A DNA stretch of 50,333 nucleotides, the filler included, from Jimgerdemannia flammicorona (Eukaryota), in the NCBI GenBank assembly GCA_003990765.1. It is 2 parts of 2 records of this genome, joined end to end, with 100 filler letters (N's around TTAATTAATTAA, not from the genome) between each part and the next. Parts side by side here need not be neighbours in the genome. Positions count along the whole stretch, not along the records: positions 25,222 to 50,333 come from RBNJ01000881.1; 1 more part is not named here. One strand, written 5' to 3'. The notes below the pieces were generated by a model. That model did no database searches. It was not told the origin of the DNA and worked only from the letters and a program-made list of their open reading frames with translations. Shown here piece after piece: positions 36,672 through 48,970 of this stretch. How positions within the stretch are numbered: position 1 is the first letter of the stretch; the number at the start of each line of letters is the position of its first letter. The position numbers were made by a program, and so were the translations under genes.

Positions 36672-39081
36672 CCCCCCAACCCCGCAGGTCCTCCTCCCAA
36701 ATTCCAATCCTCTGCTCCCACCACAGCCTGAGCAAAACAGACCCATAGACCGACAAATAGATGCCCAAGTACTGCACTGCCTCTCCGGTGGGGACAATTG
36801 TTCCAATAACTTCTCCGCCCACCAAGCCATTGCCCAGCACCATTGTTTCGCACTTGTGCCAATTCAGCTTCACCCCAGAGTTCTCCTCATACCACTCCAC
36901 TGTCTTCTGGAGCTCCTCGACATCTGCAGTCACTCCCAAACCAACCACCATGTCATCCGCAAAGGCTCCAACCTTTCAGCCAACTGCATAGATTGAGAGC
37001 CCCACAATCCTCTGCCGAATCTTGTCCATTAGAGGTTCTAAGGAAAGAGCATACAAAATGGGAGACAGTGGGTCCCCCTGTGGTACTCCCCTACCCAGAG
37101 GGAAAGCCACCCCTCGATGCCCATTGCACACGAGTGCCGCCCTACTCCTTTCCAGTAGGCTGATCATCGCCGACCGAAATGGGACCGGAACTCCAAATCT
37201 ATCTAATACTTTTGCCAGCCAGACTCGCCGCACCTGGTCATAAGCCTTCTCCTGATCCAAGAAGACAAGACGCCCATCTAGTCCACAGGCTCAAGCACCT
37301 TCAATAACTCCATGTACCCAGGCCGTGCCATCTCTAATGAGCCGCCCCCCTATGAAGCCCCTCTGTTCAACACCCACAATTTGCTATACCACCTTCTGTA
37401 GCCTTGCGACCACCACCTTAGTCACCAACTTCCTGTCCATATCTAGCAACATTATCGGCCGCCAGTTCTTCCAATCCTCTCGCTGTCCCTTGCTCTTATA
37501 AAGCAGCGTCACCAGCCCAAGGTCCTGCTCCCCCACCCATCTCCCTGACTGCAATATAGAGTCACACAGTGCTGTCAACTCCCCCAATATGCCCGGGACT
37601 CCAACCATTCGCTTCCAGAAGTCCCAGGGGAGGCCATCCTCCCCAGGCGCCATACCTGAGGCTGTTGCAGCAAGAACCTGGTGGATCTCGTCCTCCTTTA
37701 CAGGTATCACCAGGTCTCCTAGTCCCTCAGCTTGTGGTGGGTGCCAATCTTCTAATGTTTGGTCAATGGCTGTAGCATCCGCCCCACCCTCCTCCTCACT
37801 CCACAGTCCACTCCATCGCGCCTTCAGCATTCCAAGGATGTCCTGTACACCATGCACTAGTACATCATCTGAGTCAAGTACCCCTTCCCACCGCTGCTGT
37901 ACCCTTCTCACTTGAAGTGTCCTTGTGAGAAACTTGGAAGGCCTCTCCCCTTCCTCCACCCCTTGCCAATGAAGCCATGCCATCAGGCCTTGCACCCTTG
38001 ACTCTTCCTCTTCCTGCAGCACCTGTTGCAGTTCCCCAACCTCCATCCTCACCCTCATTATTCTCTAATTCACTTCTCTCTCCACTCCCTCCACTGCCGC
38101 CAGTCTTGCCCACTCCTCCAGGATCCTAGCCAATCTAGTAGAAGCCCAATGCACTTTCTGCCTTCACTGCTTCCCAGCCACTCTGCCAACCTCGCTCCAA
38201 TACATCCTGGCCATCTCTTTCATCCTCATCCACCAAACCCCAATCGCAGCCCCTTCCTGCCGCCAATTTGCCACCTTCAGCTGAATGTCTTTTGCCCACT
38301 CCCTCCACCAGGCCTCATCATCCAACAAGGAGGAATTCAGGCGCCAATGTCCAGGCCCATCTCTACTTCCCCCAAAACACCCCTGCCCCAAGAGGCCCCA
38401 GTGATCTGACTGTGGACACCATTCTACCTCTATCACCTTCCAAACATCATGGCCCCAACAGTCGGCTGTCAGGATCCAGTCAATCCTTGTCCCCAGACCT
38501 CCTGCCCAATGCATATACACCCTCCTGTCTCCCCAGTGCTCCCTACCAGCATCCACCAGTGCTCCTAGTCTTTCAACCTCCTCCCATGTTGCTAACCCCC
38601 CACTCCTGCTCTCCGTGCCCCGTCCTCCATCAGTTCTATCCAGCTGTACATCCCGAACCATATTGAAATCTCCTCCAAGCATATCCAACCCAGCTTCAGC
38701 AAGAATCCCACTCTCCAGGAGCCCTTTCACCCAATTCACACGCTCCCCCCACACAGCAGGGCAGTAACAGGAGCCAACTGTAACCAGCTCCCAACCTGCT
38801 CGAATCCACTCACCCCAGACCAGTCTCTCTCCCCAGCTCCTCACATCCTTCATCTCCCCTCTGCCTTTCCAAACCAGAATCCCAACCTTGCTGTTCCAAA
38901 TCGCCATACCACCCCATTCCTTAGTCCATTCCATCCTATCAGTGTCATCCTCGCACCTGACATCCTGCAAGAGGAAGAGATCAGCCTCCAATCCCTTCAA
39001 CCAAATAAAAATATTCCTGCATCTAACTGCGCCCCTTAGCCCATTCACGTTCAAAGAAAAAATGTTGGTTGTACTGTTCAT
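36672..39081 (-). pseudogene. LINE ORF2 (copy E): APE and RT, C-terminus deleted
   Basis: MNSTTNIFSLNVNGLRG, LLQDVR, YCPA, GGDFN, TRID, SDH, GPGHWRLNSSLL (ORF 38164-39108); PGEDG, NWRPIMLL, DQEKAYD, GVPQGDPLSP, FADD, YLGI. Confidence 0.92.
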
Positions 39082-39111
39082 AATAAAATACAGTTTGTTC
39101 TCAATCAATCC

Positions 39112-41142
39112 CTACTGCTCCATGCCCCTCTCCTCCTGTGCTGTGTCCAGATTATATTCAGCCATCACCTCCTCCTCTTCAGCCCTCTGAGCCTCCAGTC
39201 CAGCCAACAGCTCATTCATCTCCTCATCAGCCTTCTCCTCAAACTCCTCTTGGTACTCAATGCAAGCTTCCTGCCAAAGCTGCAATCCATGATGCCTGTT
39301 CCAACAGTACTTCGCTTTCTCCCCAGCAACCACCACCAACTCCGCCTCCCTCTCCTTATCCACCTCATACCCTTCCTCCTCCAGATACACCATGAGAATT
39401 TCTGCCTTCAATGCCATCGCCACTCCTTCCCCCTTCAAAATCCTCGTCCAGTGCTCATCACCCATCCCACGCAAGTCCACCTCCCCCAGCTCTTCTGCCG
39501 CCAGGTTATTCATCATCCGGCACATCCAAAGTAGGTTCCCCACTTCCTTTCCACCAGGGGTCGCCGGCCTCCCTCCATCCAGCATCGTGGTGTCCGCTCC
39601 CACACTTGCGTCCTCATCCCACACCTCCTGGACATCCACCAGCTCCTCCTCCCCTGCTGCCACTACTTGGTCTCCCTCCAACACCTCCGGAATGCTGAAT
39701 TTCACCTGCTGGGTCCCCAGCATCATCACGTCCTCCCCAGGCTTGTTCCTGGAAGCCGGGCCACACCTGATAAGAGGGGAAGGGGTGGGGGAGTTCTCCC
39801 AGACTTCATCCCAAACCTCCAAGGTGCCATCAGCATATAGGTTGCTACTCTCCACCTCCTTAGCCTTCCCTGACCCTGCCCCTTCGTTCCCACTCCTCCC
39901 ACCAGCCCAGACACTCGCCCCAGTCCCTTCTGCACTCATCTTCCTGCTCGCATCCTTCTGTGGTCCACCCCCCAGCTTAGCCAGCAGATCCTTTTGCCTC
40001 TTCCACCCCTGAGCCCTTTCCCACTGCACCTTGTCCACTTGAATCCTCTTTCCATCCACCACCTCCAGGAGCGTCAACTCCTCGAAAGTCTTCTAGGCCT
40101 TAGCTCACCGCTCCACAGCCCTATCCAGCTTCTCCAGCACTTCCAATAAATCTTCCTCCTCTTCTTCACTTCCTTTCACCCACGTCACCTTGCACAGGAA
40201 AGCCCCCCAGACCAACACCGAAGGCCAGTCCCTCGTCTTCCTGGTAGCCTCTTTCCCAGCCAGCCGAATCCTCACATCCACATCCCCAGTCCTGAGCATA
40301 GTCCCTTCCCAGACCCTGAATCCGATATCCACCACCTCTCCATACTCCGCCATGACATCCTCCACTCTCTTCCTCATCTCCATCACCATCACCATGGGTA
40401 CTCCTTTCACCAGCAGTTGGACCACCCTCGGATCCCATTTCAAGCACCTCGCCATCGGAACACATACCTCCCCAACCACTAACCCAACTTTCAGCGCCTC
40501 CTCCAGCGGTTCAACCTCCTCAAATCCCACCTCCACCCCCTCCAGTCCCTTCAGAAACTTCACCGAAGCCGCTCCTGCCACCTGCTTAGTGATAAGCCCC
40601 AACACCATTTTTGCCGTCACTGCTAAGCCCCGGAAATATAGCGTGACTGCGAATGCCGAGATCGACTTCTTGAGTAACAGAGCCACCGCCAGTCCTGTTA
40701 CACCATCCACCAGGTCTCCGGGCCTCATGCCCTTCCCACTGCTCAGCTCACCATCAGCAGTCCCATCTAGATTTTTTTCTAGATCACCTGTCACACCCCC
40801 ATCAGCAGTCCCCACCCCAGCTGCCACCACCCCAGTTCCACTCCTATGGCCCTCCAGAGAGGCACCCCCAAGAGGTTGCTGCCTGGAAGCTGCCACCGGT
40901 ACCTTCCCCCCTCTCAGCCAGCTCTCCAGTCCAGCACTCTGCCGACCCCCCTTCACCTTCTCTGCAAAGCTCACCCTGCCAGACCCTTGACCTCCAGCTC
41001 CACCCCCTCTTCCACTATGGCCCCCCGCCAGCAGGCCCCTCATACTTCCCCCCAAGCTGGGGCCTCTCCCCAATTGCTGCCATTCAAATGCTCCAGGGCC
41101 ACCCTGCCCAGTATGCACCTCCGGATGCTCGTTGGTCGCCAT
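39112..41142 (-). pseudogene. LINE ORF1 (copy E), 676 codons in one frame with two premature stops
   Basis: ORFs 40105-41142 and 39112-40077 share a frame; the linker reads R*AKA*KTFEE. Confidence 0.9.
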
Positions 41143-42315
41143 TATACTGGTAGCTTTTCTCCAGAAACTGTGTCGAAAGTGTTGCCAAAGAGTTGTGTAA
41201 CCTGAATGTTACCGGAGAAAGATGCCTTAGATGGGCTCTCTGGAAATGGCATATTTTACTCTTCTGATTTATCTAACAAGTGAATCAAAAATATACTAGC
41301 TTATTTCTTAAGCAGCAGATTTCTCAAATGGCAGCAAAATTCTTCACTTGAACTTGAGTAGCAAAATACTCTTGAACTTATTCTTTATATCAGAAAGTTG
41401 ACCAGAGTTGGGAAAGTAGGCTTACAATCTCCTAGCAGTGGCTTTAGAGTTCCTCTCAAAGTGTGGTAGGCAGATTTGTCTTTTGCTTTTGAACTTTTCA
41501 GACTGAGGTTTATTTACTCTTTGCTCTGGAGTATTTTATATAGTTGTGATTGCTATCTGGTTACTATCTGGTTAATTATTGAATGCACAGTATGGCTAAA
41601 TATAGTATGTAACTTCTACTGTACTGTCATAATACAGTATCTTTGAGATATGGTATATTGGAGGTTCAGTTGTCTTAATTTGGATATATGGTACTATTTA
41701 TATAGTTTCCACAGCAACTAGGTAACTATGATATGTGAGGGTCATATTATGTAAATATCTGATACTTATATTATATATTATATCAGCCTCTACTAAAGGA
41801 TGGTCTGTCCTTAGATTATCCTTTAGTTACCATTCTAGTAGGCATAAGTATCTTCTACATCAATGTCTGAACCATCATCTATATTAGAGTCAGGGTCACT
41901 CTATTCAAGATCAGAGTCTTGTTGCTCTGGCTTAGAGAATAGGAAATCCACTTATTACAGTATACTTTGGAAGATAGCTTTATTTATTTTTTGAATAATA
42001 TTAAGATTAAACTATACTTAGACAAGTGCTCTCTCAGTTTATCTAAAGAGTATATAGATACATCTGGTGACTATGTCATTTCAGTAATTTAAATATGCAG
42101 GCCTTCTTTTGCATATAAGGTCTTGAAGGACTTATCTAATAGAGAAGTAAGCTTATAGTTAATAAACCTGTAGCAATCTCTAGGCTATGGCCAGATTTTT
42201 GAGGTACCCTTGAATTTGTCTGCCTGGGATTCCTTGGGGTTAGTAGAATGTGGGCATGGGAATATGTAGAGAATGCAGAGAACTGAGGATAAGGGTCTGA
42301 AGATGCTGGTCAATC

Positions 42316-45300
42316 TTTTTTTTTTTTTTATAGAGTCACTTGGGCTTCACCATTTATTACCAGTCTATTAATATAGCTACAGTATCACCTCTCACTACCC
42401 AATCCTCATAGGGGATCCTCCCTTCACACTTTCTTGAATGAAGACCACTTTCTCACTCACCACTCCAATCCTCTCCCCACTCTGCCTACAGATTTTCTCC
42501 AATAAGCAATACTACTGACCACCCTGTAAATCTCAACCAAGCCACCAGCCTGTCATAATGTCTTCCATAAGCCCTTACCAACTTAACAGCTGCACCCCCA
42601 AACCCTATCTCCTCCTATCCTCAAAAACAAATAACCAGTGACCCACTAGCTCCATCCAAATTGCCAAAACCCAACCTAAAGTAAGCCACTCCTTTCTCAT
42701 CTCCCCCACCAATCTATCCCTCAAATTCTCCCACCAATCCTGCTCAATAACCCCCCTGCACCCTACACCCAATCTATCCCCAACAACCATCCAAAAATCA
42801 CCAAGTACTGCACACTCTCCTAGCCAATGTTCTGGTGTCTGAACATATCCCTCTTTCTTCCCTACATTGTGGCATTCCTTACAGTTAAAGCATTCCTCCT
42901 TGACAAGGTGACCTGAGCAGAAGTTGAGTATGATATTTCTCTGCAGCATATGCCACCAGATCACCCAGTACTTCAGCAGCAGCTACTTCCTCACCTCTGC
43001 ACTCTAGGCCCAAACTCTATGCCAGTCCCACTCCTTGGCAATACTGGCCAACTACCATTCCCTGGGCCACAGATCCTGGCCTGGCCCTCTCTGGTACTCA
43101 ATCCCATCACTAATATCAAACTCAATTAGGGGAATGTCCCCCAACAACACTTGGTCCCATCTCCACATCACTGGGCTCCAAGGTATCTCTCCTTCATTTC
43201 TCTGTCAGGATATTCCAATTTGGTGCACCCCATCTGCCACCCCCCACCAGAAGCCTTTGTACCTCATGAGCCTAGTATTCTGAAGCCGAATTAAAGACAG
43301 TAGATCGCCTTTAGAGCCACTTGGCAAGAACCTCATCTCCCAGACCCTCTGCATCAGAAAAACCCAGCCCCCCCCTCTCAGCTCCATCACTCTCCTCAAC
43401 CACCATGCTCTCAGCCAGTACAGTCTCTTCAGAAAGTTAACTAGCCCCAGGCTTCCTCTTGCCACTGGTAAGGACAAGACCTTCCAGCTGATCTGACTCC
43501 TTCTCCCAGCCCAGATCCACTTCATCAGTCTCTCCATCACCCAGGCTGAGAAGTCCAGATGATAGGCCAAATACCACAGCTTCAGCAACCAGTAGGTATT
43601 CAAAATTGAAACACACCTTGCTAAAGACATATGGTAACCTCCCTAACTCCACAAGGCCTCCCTCCAGATTGCAACCCTCTGTTCTCACCAAAGTCTTGGT
43701 AGGACTGACCCATATACTGACAAATAGATACCCAAGTATCACACCACCTCTCTAGCAGGGACAATTGTTCCAATGATATCCCCTCCCATCAGGCCATTGC
43801 CTAATACCATTGTTTTGCATTTGTGTCAATTGAGTTTCGCCCCAGAGTATCTCTCATACCACTCCACTGTCTCCTTGATCTCCTCAACATCAGCAACTGA
43901 TTCCAGGCTGACTACTATATTATCTGTAAAGATACCAACTTTCCACCCAATTTCAAAAACTGAGAACCTGATGAGATTCCATCTAATTCTATCCATCAAA
44001 GGCTCCAGAGAGAGAGCATACAGAATGGGGGACAGTTGGTCCCTCTGGAGCACCCCCCTATCTAGAGAAAATGTCACCTCTCTATGTTCATTGTATATGA
44101 GTGCAGCCCAACTCCCTTCCAGTAGGCTGACTATTGCCAACCTGAACTGGTGAGGTACTCCAATCCTATCCAATACTTTTGCCAATCAGATCTGCCTCAC
44201 TTGGTCATATGCCTTCTCCTGATCAAGGAAGACCAGTCAACCTTCCAGTCCACAAGCTCTTGCCTCTTCGATAACTCTATGTATCTAAGCTGTGCTATCT
44301 CTAATGAGCCAGCCTCTTACAAAACCCTGCTGTTCAATACCCAAGACTTACTGGGCCACCATCTGCAGTCTTGTGACCACTACCTTAGTAACTAACTTTC
44401 TATACATATCCAGCAGCATAATTGGCTGCCAGTTCTTCCAGTCCTTCCTCCTTCCCTTGTTCTTATAAAGCAGTGTCACCAGCCCCAGATCCTGCTCTCC
44501 CACCCAACTCTCTGACTATTGTATCAAATCACACACCACCATCAGCTCTCTCAGTACCCCAGGGACCCCCACCATCTTTTTCCAGAAGTCCCAGGGCAGA
44601 CCATCCTCCCCAGGTGCTGTGTCCAGTATAGTCACAGCAAGAACCTGGTGGATCTCCTCCTCTCAGACTGGTATCACTAAGTCACTCAGCCCTTCTGCCT
44701 GTGGGGGGTTCTAATCGTCCAATGCTCAGTCAATGGCATCTATGTCAGCCCCACCCTCTTCCTCACTCCATAAACCACTCCATCACTCCTTTAATAATCC
44801 CAGAATATCTTTTATACCATACACCAGCAAACCATCAGAGTCTAGTACCCCCTCCCATCTCTGCTTTACTCTCCTCACCTAAAGGTCTTGTGAGATACTT
44901 AGAAGGCCTTTCTCCATCCTCCAAACCTAACCAATGTAACTATGCCACCAAGCTCTGCACCTGTGCATCCTCCTCTTTCTGCAATACCTGTTGTAATTCC
45001 CCAACCTCCATTTTCACCTGCATTAATCTCCAATCCTCTCCCCCCTCTAGTGTCACAAACCCTGCCCAATCTTCCAAAAGTCTAGCTGGTCTAGCAGAAG
45101 CCCATCTCACCCTTTGCCTCCTCTGTCTTTCAGCCTCCTTGCCAGCCTTGCTCCAGTAGACCATAGCAGTCTCTTCCATCCTCTTTCACCAAACACCAAC
45201 TGGAGCACCTTTCTGCCTCCAGCCCTCCACCTTCTGTTGAATATCTTCAGCCCACATATCCCATAGCACCCTATCATCTAATAAACAGAAATTGAGGTGC

Positions 45301-45995
45301 CAATGTCCAGGCCCATCTCCACTCCCCCCAAAATGTCCCTGTCCTAGCAGCCCTCAATGATCCGACCATGGACACCACTCTGCCTTCAGCAACCTCCAAA
45401 CATCCATACCCCAGCAGCTTGCCATTAGAATCCAATCAATCCTCATCTCCAGACTACCTGCCCAATGTATGTCTACCTTCCTACCTCTCCAAAACTCCCT
45501 GCCAGCATCCACCAGAGTGCTTAGTCTTTCCACATCCTCCCATGTGGTCAGCCCACCACTCCTGCCCTCAGCTCCCTGTCCCCTATCAGTTCTATCCAAC
45601 AGCACATCTCTGACCATATTGAAATCCCCCCCAAGCACATCCATTCCAGCTTCCACAAGGGCCCCACTCTCCTGGAGACCCTTCACCCAATTAACATCCT
45701 CACTCCATACAGCAGGGCAGTAGCCGGAACCCACTGTAACTGGATCCCAACTAGTTCATATTCACTCTCCCCAGACCAATCTAACTCCCCAGCTCCTCAC
45801 ATCACATATCTCCCCTCTGTCTTTCTGAACCAGAATCCCAATCTTATCCCTTCAAACTGCCACACCTTCTCATTTCTTTGGCTATTCCAACCTATCCAAA
45901 TCATCCTCACTTCTGACATCCTGTAAAAGGAAGAGATTGGTCTCCAATCTCTTCAGCCAAGTAAAAAGGTTTCTATATCGAGAAGATCTCCATAG
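42316..45995 (-). mobile_element. LINE copy F, ORF2 and 3' end only; breaks off ~14 codons into the endonuclease
   Basis: poly(T) 42316-42329; GGDFN, RIDW, WSDH, GVLQRDQLSP, FTDN, CKECHNVG..TPEHWLGEC; no TSD found. Confidence 0.9.
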
Positions 45996-46610
45996 GTAAT
46001 AGAATGAATAAGCAAACAGATGAGATGTGACAAGTGATTATATAACTCAGTGAGTGATGACATCATCAGTCAATTGAGCATAATATATGAATAACAAATA
46101 TAATGAATGATGCAAATGATGTGAAAAACAATATCCAGCTTATTCCTGACAATCGACACTGCAGCAACTGTTGCCACAGCAGCTGATCATTGCTTAGTAA
46201 TTGAGGTCGTGATTATAAGGTTGTTTTTGCTACAAACCACCTAACAAAGGTTGTGGTTACAAACCTCACTATAGTTACCAAATTAATCATCTCATACATA
46301 GTCAGAAATTGCAGACCAACTTGTATAAATACCCCCCAGTTTCCATTCAAAATAAAGCAGTTTTAGTTCAGTCCTTAATACAAGAATCAGGTTTCCCCCA
46401 CATACACACATTTCCCTGAGTCTTAGTAATGACATCTAAATGACTCTAGTATTTCTGACTAAACTCCAGAAGCCTAGCTAACTTCTGCCAGAACTGAGAC
46501 TAGTATATAAATCTCCAAAGACTTAAGTAAACCCATTGAACCTGAATTCCAAGGTGAATTCAGTCTGTGCACAGAAAAGAACAAGACCCCACCAAGAGGC
46601 AGTGGGAGCA
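45996..46610 (+). other. Non-coding, LTR-like segment between copies F and G
   Basis: No LINE homology; TATAAATA at ~46324 followed by AATAAA at ~46350, as in LTR U3/R regions; no second copy in the window. Confidence 0.3.
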
Positions 46611-48970
46611 CCTTTCTCCTATACAATTCACATCACACTAAACTCAAGCAACAGTTTTCAATACAACTCAGAGAAAAGGTACTATATAAATGTCATCGAA
46701 CTAGAGTTCCAATGGGCATACTGGGTCAGATGGATCTGGGGCATTCGGCTGGCAGCAGGTGGGGAGAGGCTATGGACTGTGGATGGGGATTTCTGGAGGG
46801 TCAAAGGGTGGAGATGACTCTGGAGGAGGTCCAGTGTCAGGTGGAACTGGGGGAAGACCTGGACCCTCCAGCTTTGCAGACAAGATGAAGGCAAGTGGAT
46901 GGCCAGCTAGAATCAGGGCTGGTGCTGCTGAGGGGAAGGGCAAGGCAAGCATTGGGAGGGGGAGCAATACTCTGGCAAGGGATGTGAGTATAGGGGCTGG
47001 AGGTGTAGTAACTGGGGGTAGGACTGCTGATAGGAGTGTGATGGGGAATCAGGAAAAAAAAAGAGATGTGGCAGCTGATGGCAAGGTGGGGCAGGGGTTC
47101 CCGATATGGAAGGGAGACCTGACAGATGATGTGATGGAGCTGGTGGTGGCACTGTTACTCAAGAAGTTGATTTTGAAGTTTGCAGCTATCTTGTACTTCC
47201 AGGGCTTGGTAGTGATGGCAAGGATGGTCCTAGGAATTATCTCAAAGCAGGTGGCTGGTGCCACCTCAGTGAAGTTTCTGAAGGGTCTGGAGGGGGTTGA
47301 GGTGGGCTTTGAGGAGGTGGGCACACTGGATGAGGCTCTGAAGACTAGAGTGGCAGTCAGGGAAGTGGTGGTCCCTATGGTGTGGTGTCTGAGGTGGGAC
47401 CCCAGGGTGGTTCAGTTGCTGGTGGAGGGGGTGCCTATGGTAATGGTGATTGAGATGAGGAGGAGGGTGGAGGAGGTGATGGCAGAGTATGGCAATGTGG
47501 TTGATATTGGTTCCTAGATATAGGAGGGTACCACCATCAGGACTGGAGATGTTGATGTCAGGATTCGACTGGCAGAGAAGGAGGCTACTGGGAAGATGAG
47601 TGACTGGCTGGTAGTGATGCTTTGTGGGGCTTCAGTTGTAGGGTATTGAGGGTGAAAGAGAGTGAGGAGGAGGAGGAGGATCTGTTGGAAGCTCTGAAGT
47701 AGATGAGTGGAGCAGTCGAGCAGCGGGCAAAGGCATGGAAGCTGTATGAGGAGTCAACACACTTGGAGATTGTCAATGGGAAACATATTCACACTGACAA
47801 GAGGCAGTGGGAGAGGACTCAAGGGTGTAGGAGACAGAGGGAGCTGCTGGCAAGTATGAAAGAAGGGGTGAAGTTGAAGACTGGGGGTGCTGAGAGGTCT
47901 GAGGGAGTGGAGGCAAGTGTCTGGGCAAGTAAGGGTGGAGGAGATGTGGAGGAGAGACTGGAGGGAGAGGAGAAGCCACTGCACAAGGACCCATTTGCAG
48001 ATGGTACATTTGAGGTCTGGGAACAGGTTATAGATGACACTCCCTCTCTAATCCAGTGGGGTCCAGCTGCAAGGGGTCAGGCAGCAGAGGATGAGCAGAT
48101 GAGAGGTGCTTAGTGGGTGCACTTTGGAGTTCCTGATGTGGCGAAAGGTGGGCAGGTGGTGGCAGTTGTTGAGGATGAGCTGGTGGATGTCCCAGAGGAG
48201 AGATGGGATGAGACGGCCAGTGTAGAGGCAGACACCACAATGCTAGATACAGGAAGGCCAGGGATGCTAGCAGGGAAGGAGGTGGGGAACCTGCTGTATA
48301 TGAGCAAGATGATGGATAACTTCACAGCTGAGGAGTTGGGGGAAGTGAACTTGCGTGTGATGCCTGAGGAGCATTGTACAAGAATTCTGCACGGAGATGG
48401 GGTAGTGGGGGCACTGAAGGCAGAGATACTTGCAATTCTTATGGAGGAGGAGGAATATGAGATTGATAAGGAGAGAGAGGCTGAGCTGGCAGTGGTTGCT
48501 GGTGAGCATGCAGTCTACTGTTGGGCAGAGCATCATGGTTTGTAACTCTGGCAGAAGGCATGCCTCGAGTATCATGAGGCCTTTGAGGAAAAAGAGGATG
48601 AAGTGATGGCTGAACTTCTGGTTGGATTGGAGGCACAGATGGTGGAAAAGAAGGAACTGGCTGCAGAACATAACTTGGACTTGGCACAGGATTAGTTAAA
48701 TGCAGATTTATAGAGATTGAGATTGATAATCAACATTATTTCTTATGAACAGTACAACTAACATTTTCTCTCTAAATGTGAATAGGTTAAGGGGTTCTGG
48801 GCAGTATAGAAACATTTTTACTTGGCTTAAGGGATTGGAGGCTGATCTCTTTTACTGCAGGATGTATGGTGTAAGAATGAGGAAGATCAGGTGGAGTGGA
48901 CTAGAGAATGGGGAGAAGCTACTGCTTGGATTGGTAAAGTGGTGATTCTGGTGAGGAAGGGTAGAGGGGA
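46611..48970 (+). mobile_element. LINE copy G (subfamily 1-like, divergent): 5' UTR, ORF1 (~46690-48713) and start of ORF2 (48745), interrupted by copy H
   Basis: LLLKKLILKF...WDPRVVQLLVEGVPMV; GKEVGNLL; MNSTTNIFSLNVN at 48745; switches to a new family 5' end at ~48971. Confidence 0.9.

Larger units (their letters stand above)
36596..41224 (-). mobile_element. LINE copy E (subfamily 1), young, both ends present, ~1.26 kb internal deletion at the 3' end of ORF2
   Basis: Perfect 17-bp TSD ccttagatgggctctct (36579-36595 / 41225-41241); poly(T) from 36596; many CpG retained. Confidence 0.95.

Noticed and set aside
40190..40990. Long antisense ORFs over ORF1 recurring in several copies (e.g. 5619-6185, 35299-35682, 40190-40990, 49333-49740), suggesting an ORF0-like gene
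   Set aside because: They lie in the frame that shares third codon positions with ORF1. The G-rich, C-poor sense strand rarely provides TTA/CTA/TCA, starts and ends vary between copies, and the products are low-complexity S/P/T strings.
41143..41224. Hammerhead or HDV-like ribozyme in the LINE 5' UTR
   Set aside because: CUGAAUG and CGAAA on the antisense strand do not match the CUGANGA core, and no HDV nested pseudoknot could be assembled by eye; kept only as a generic stem hypothesis.
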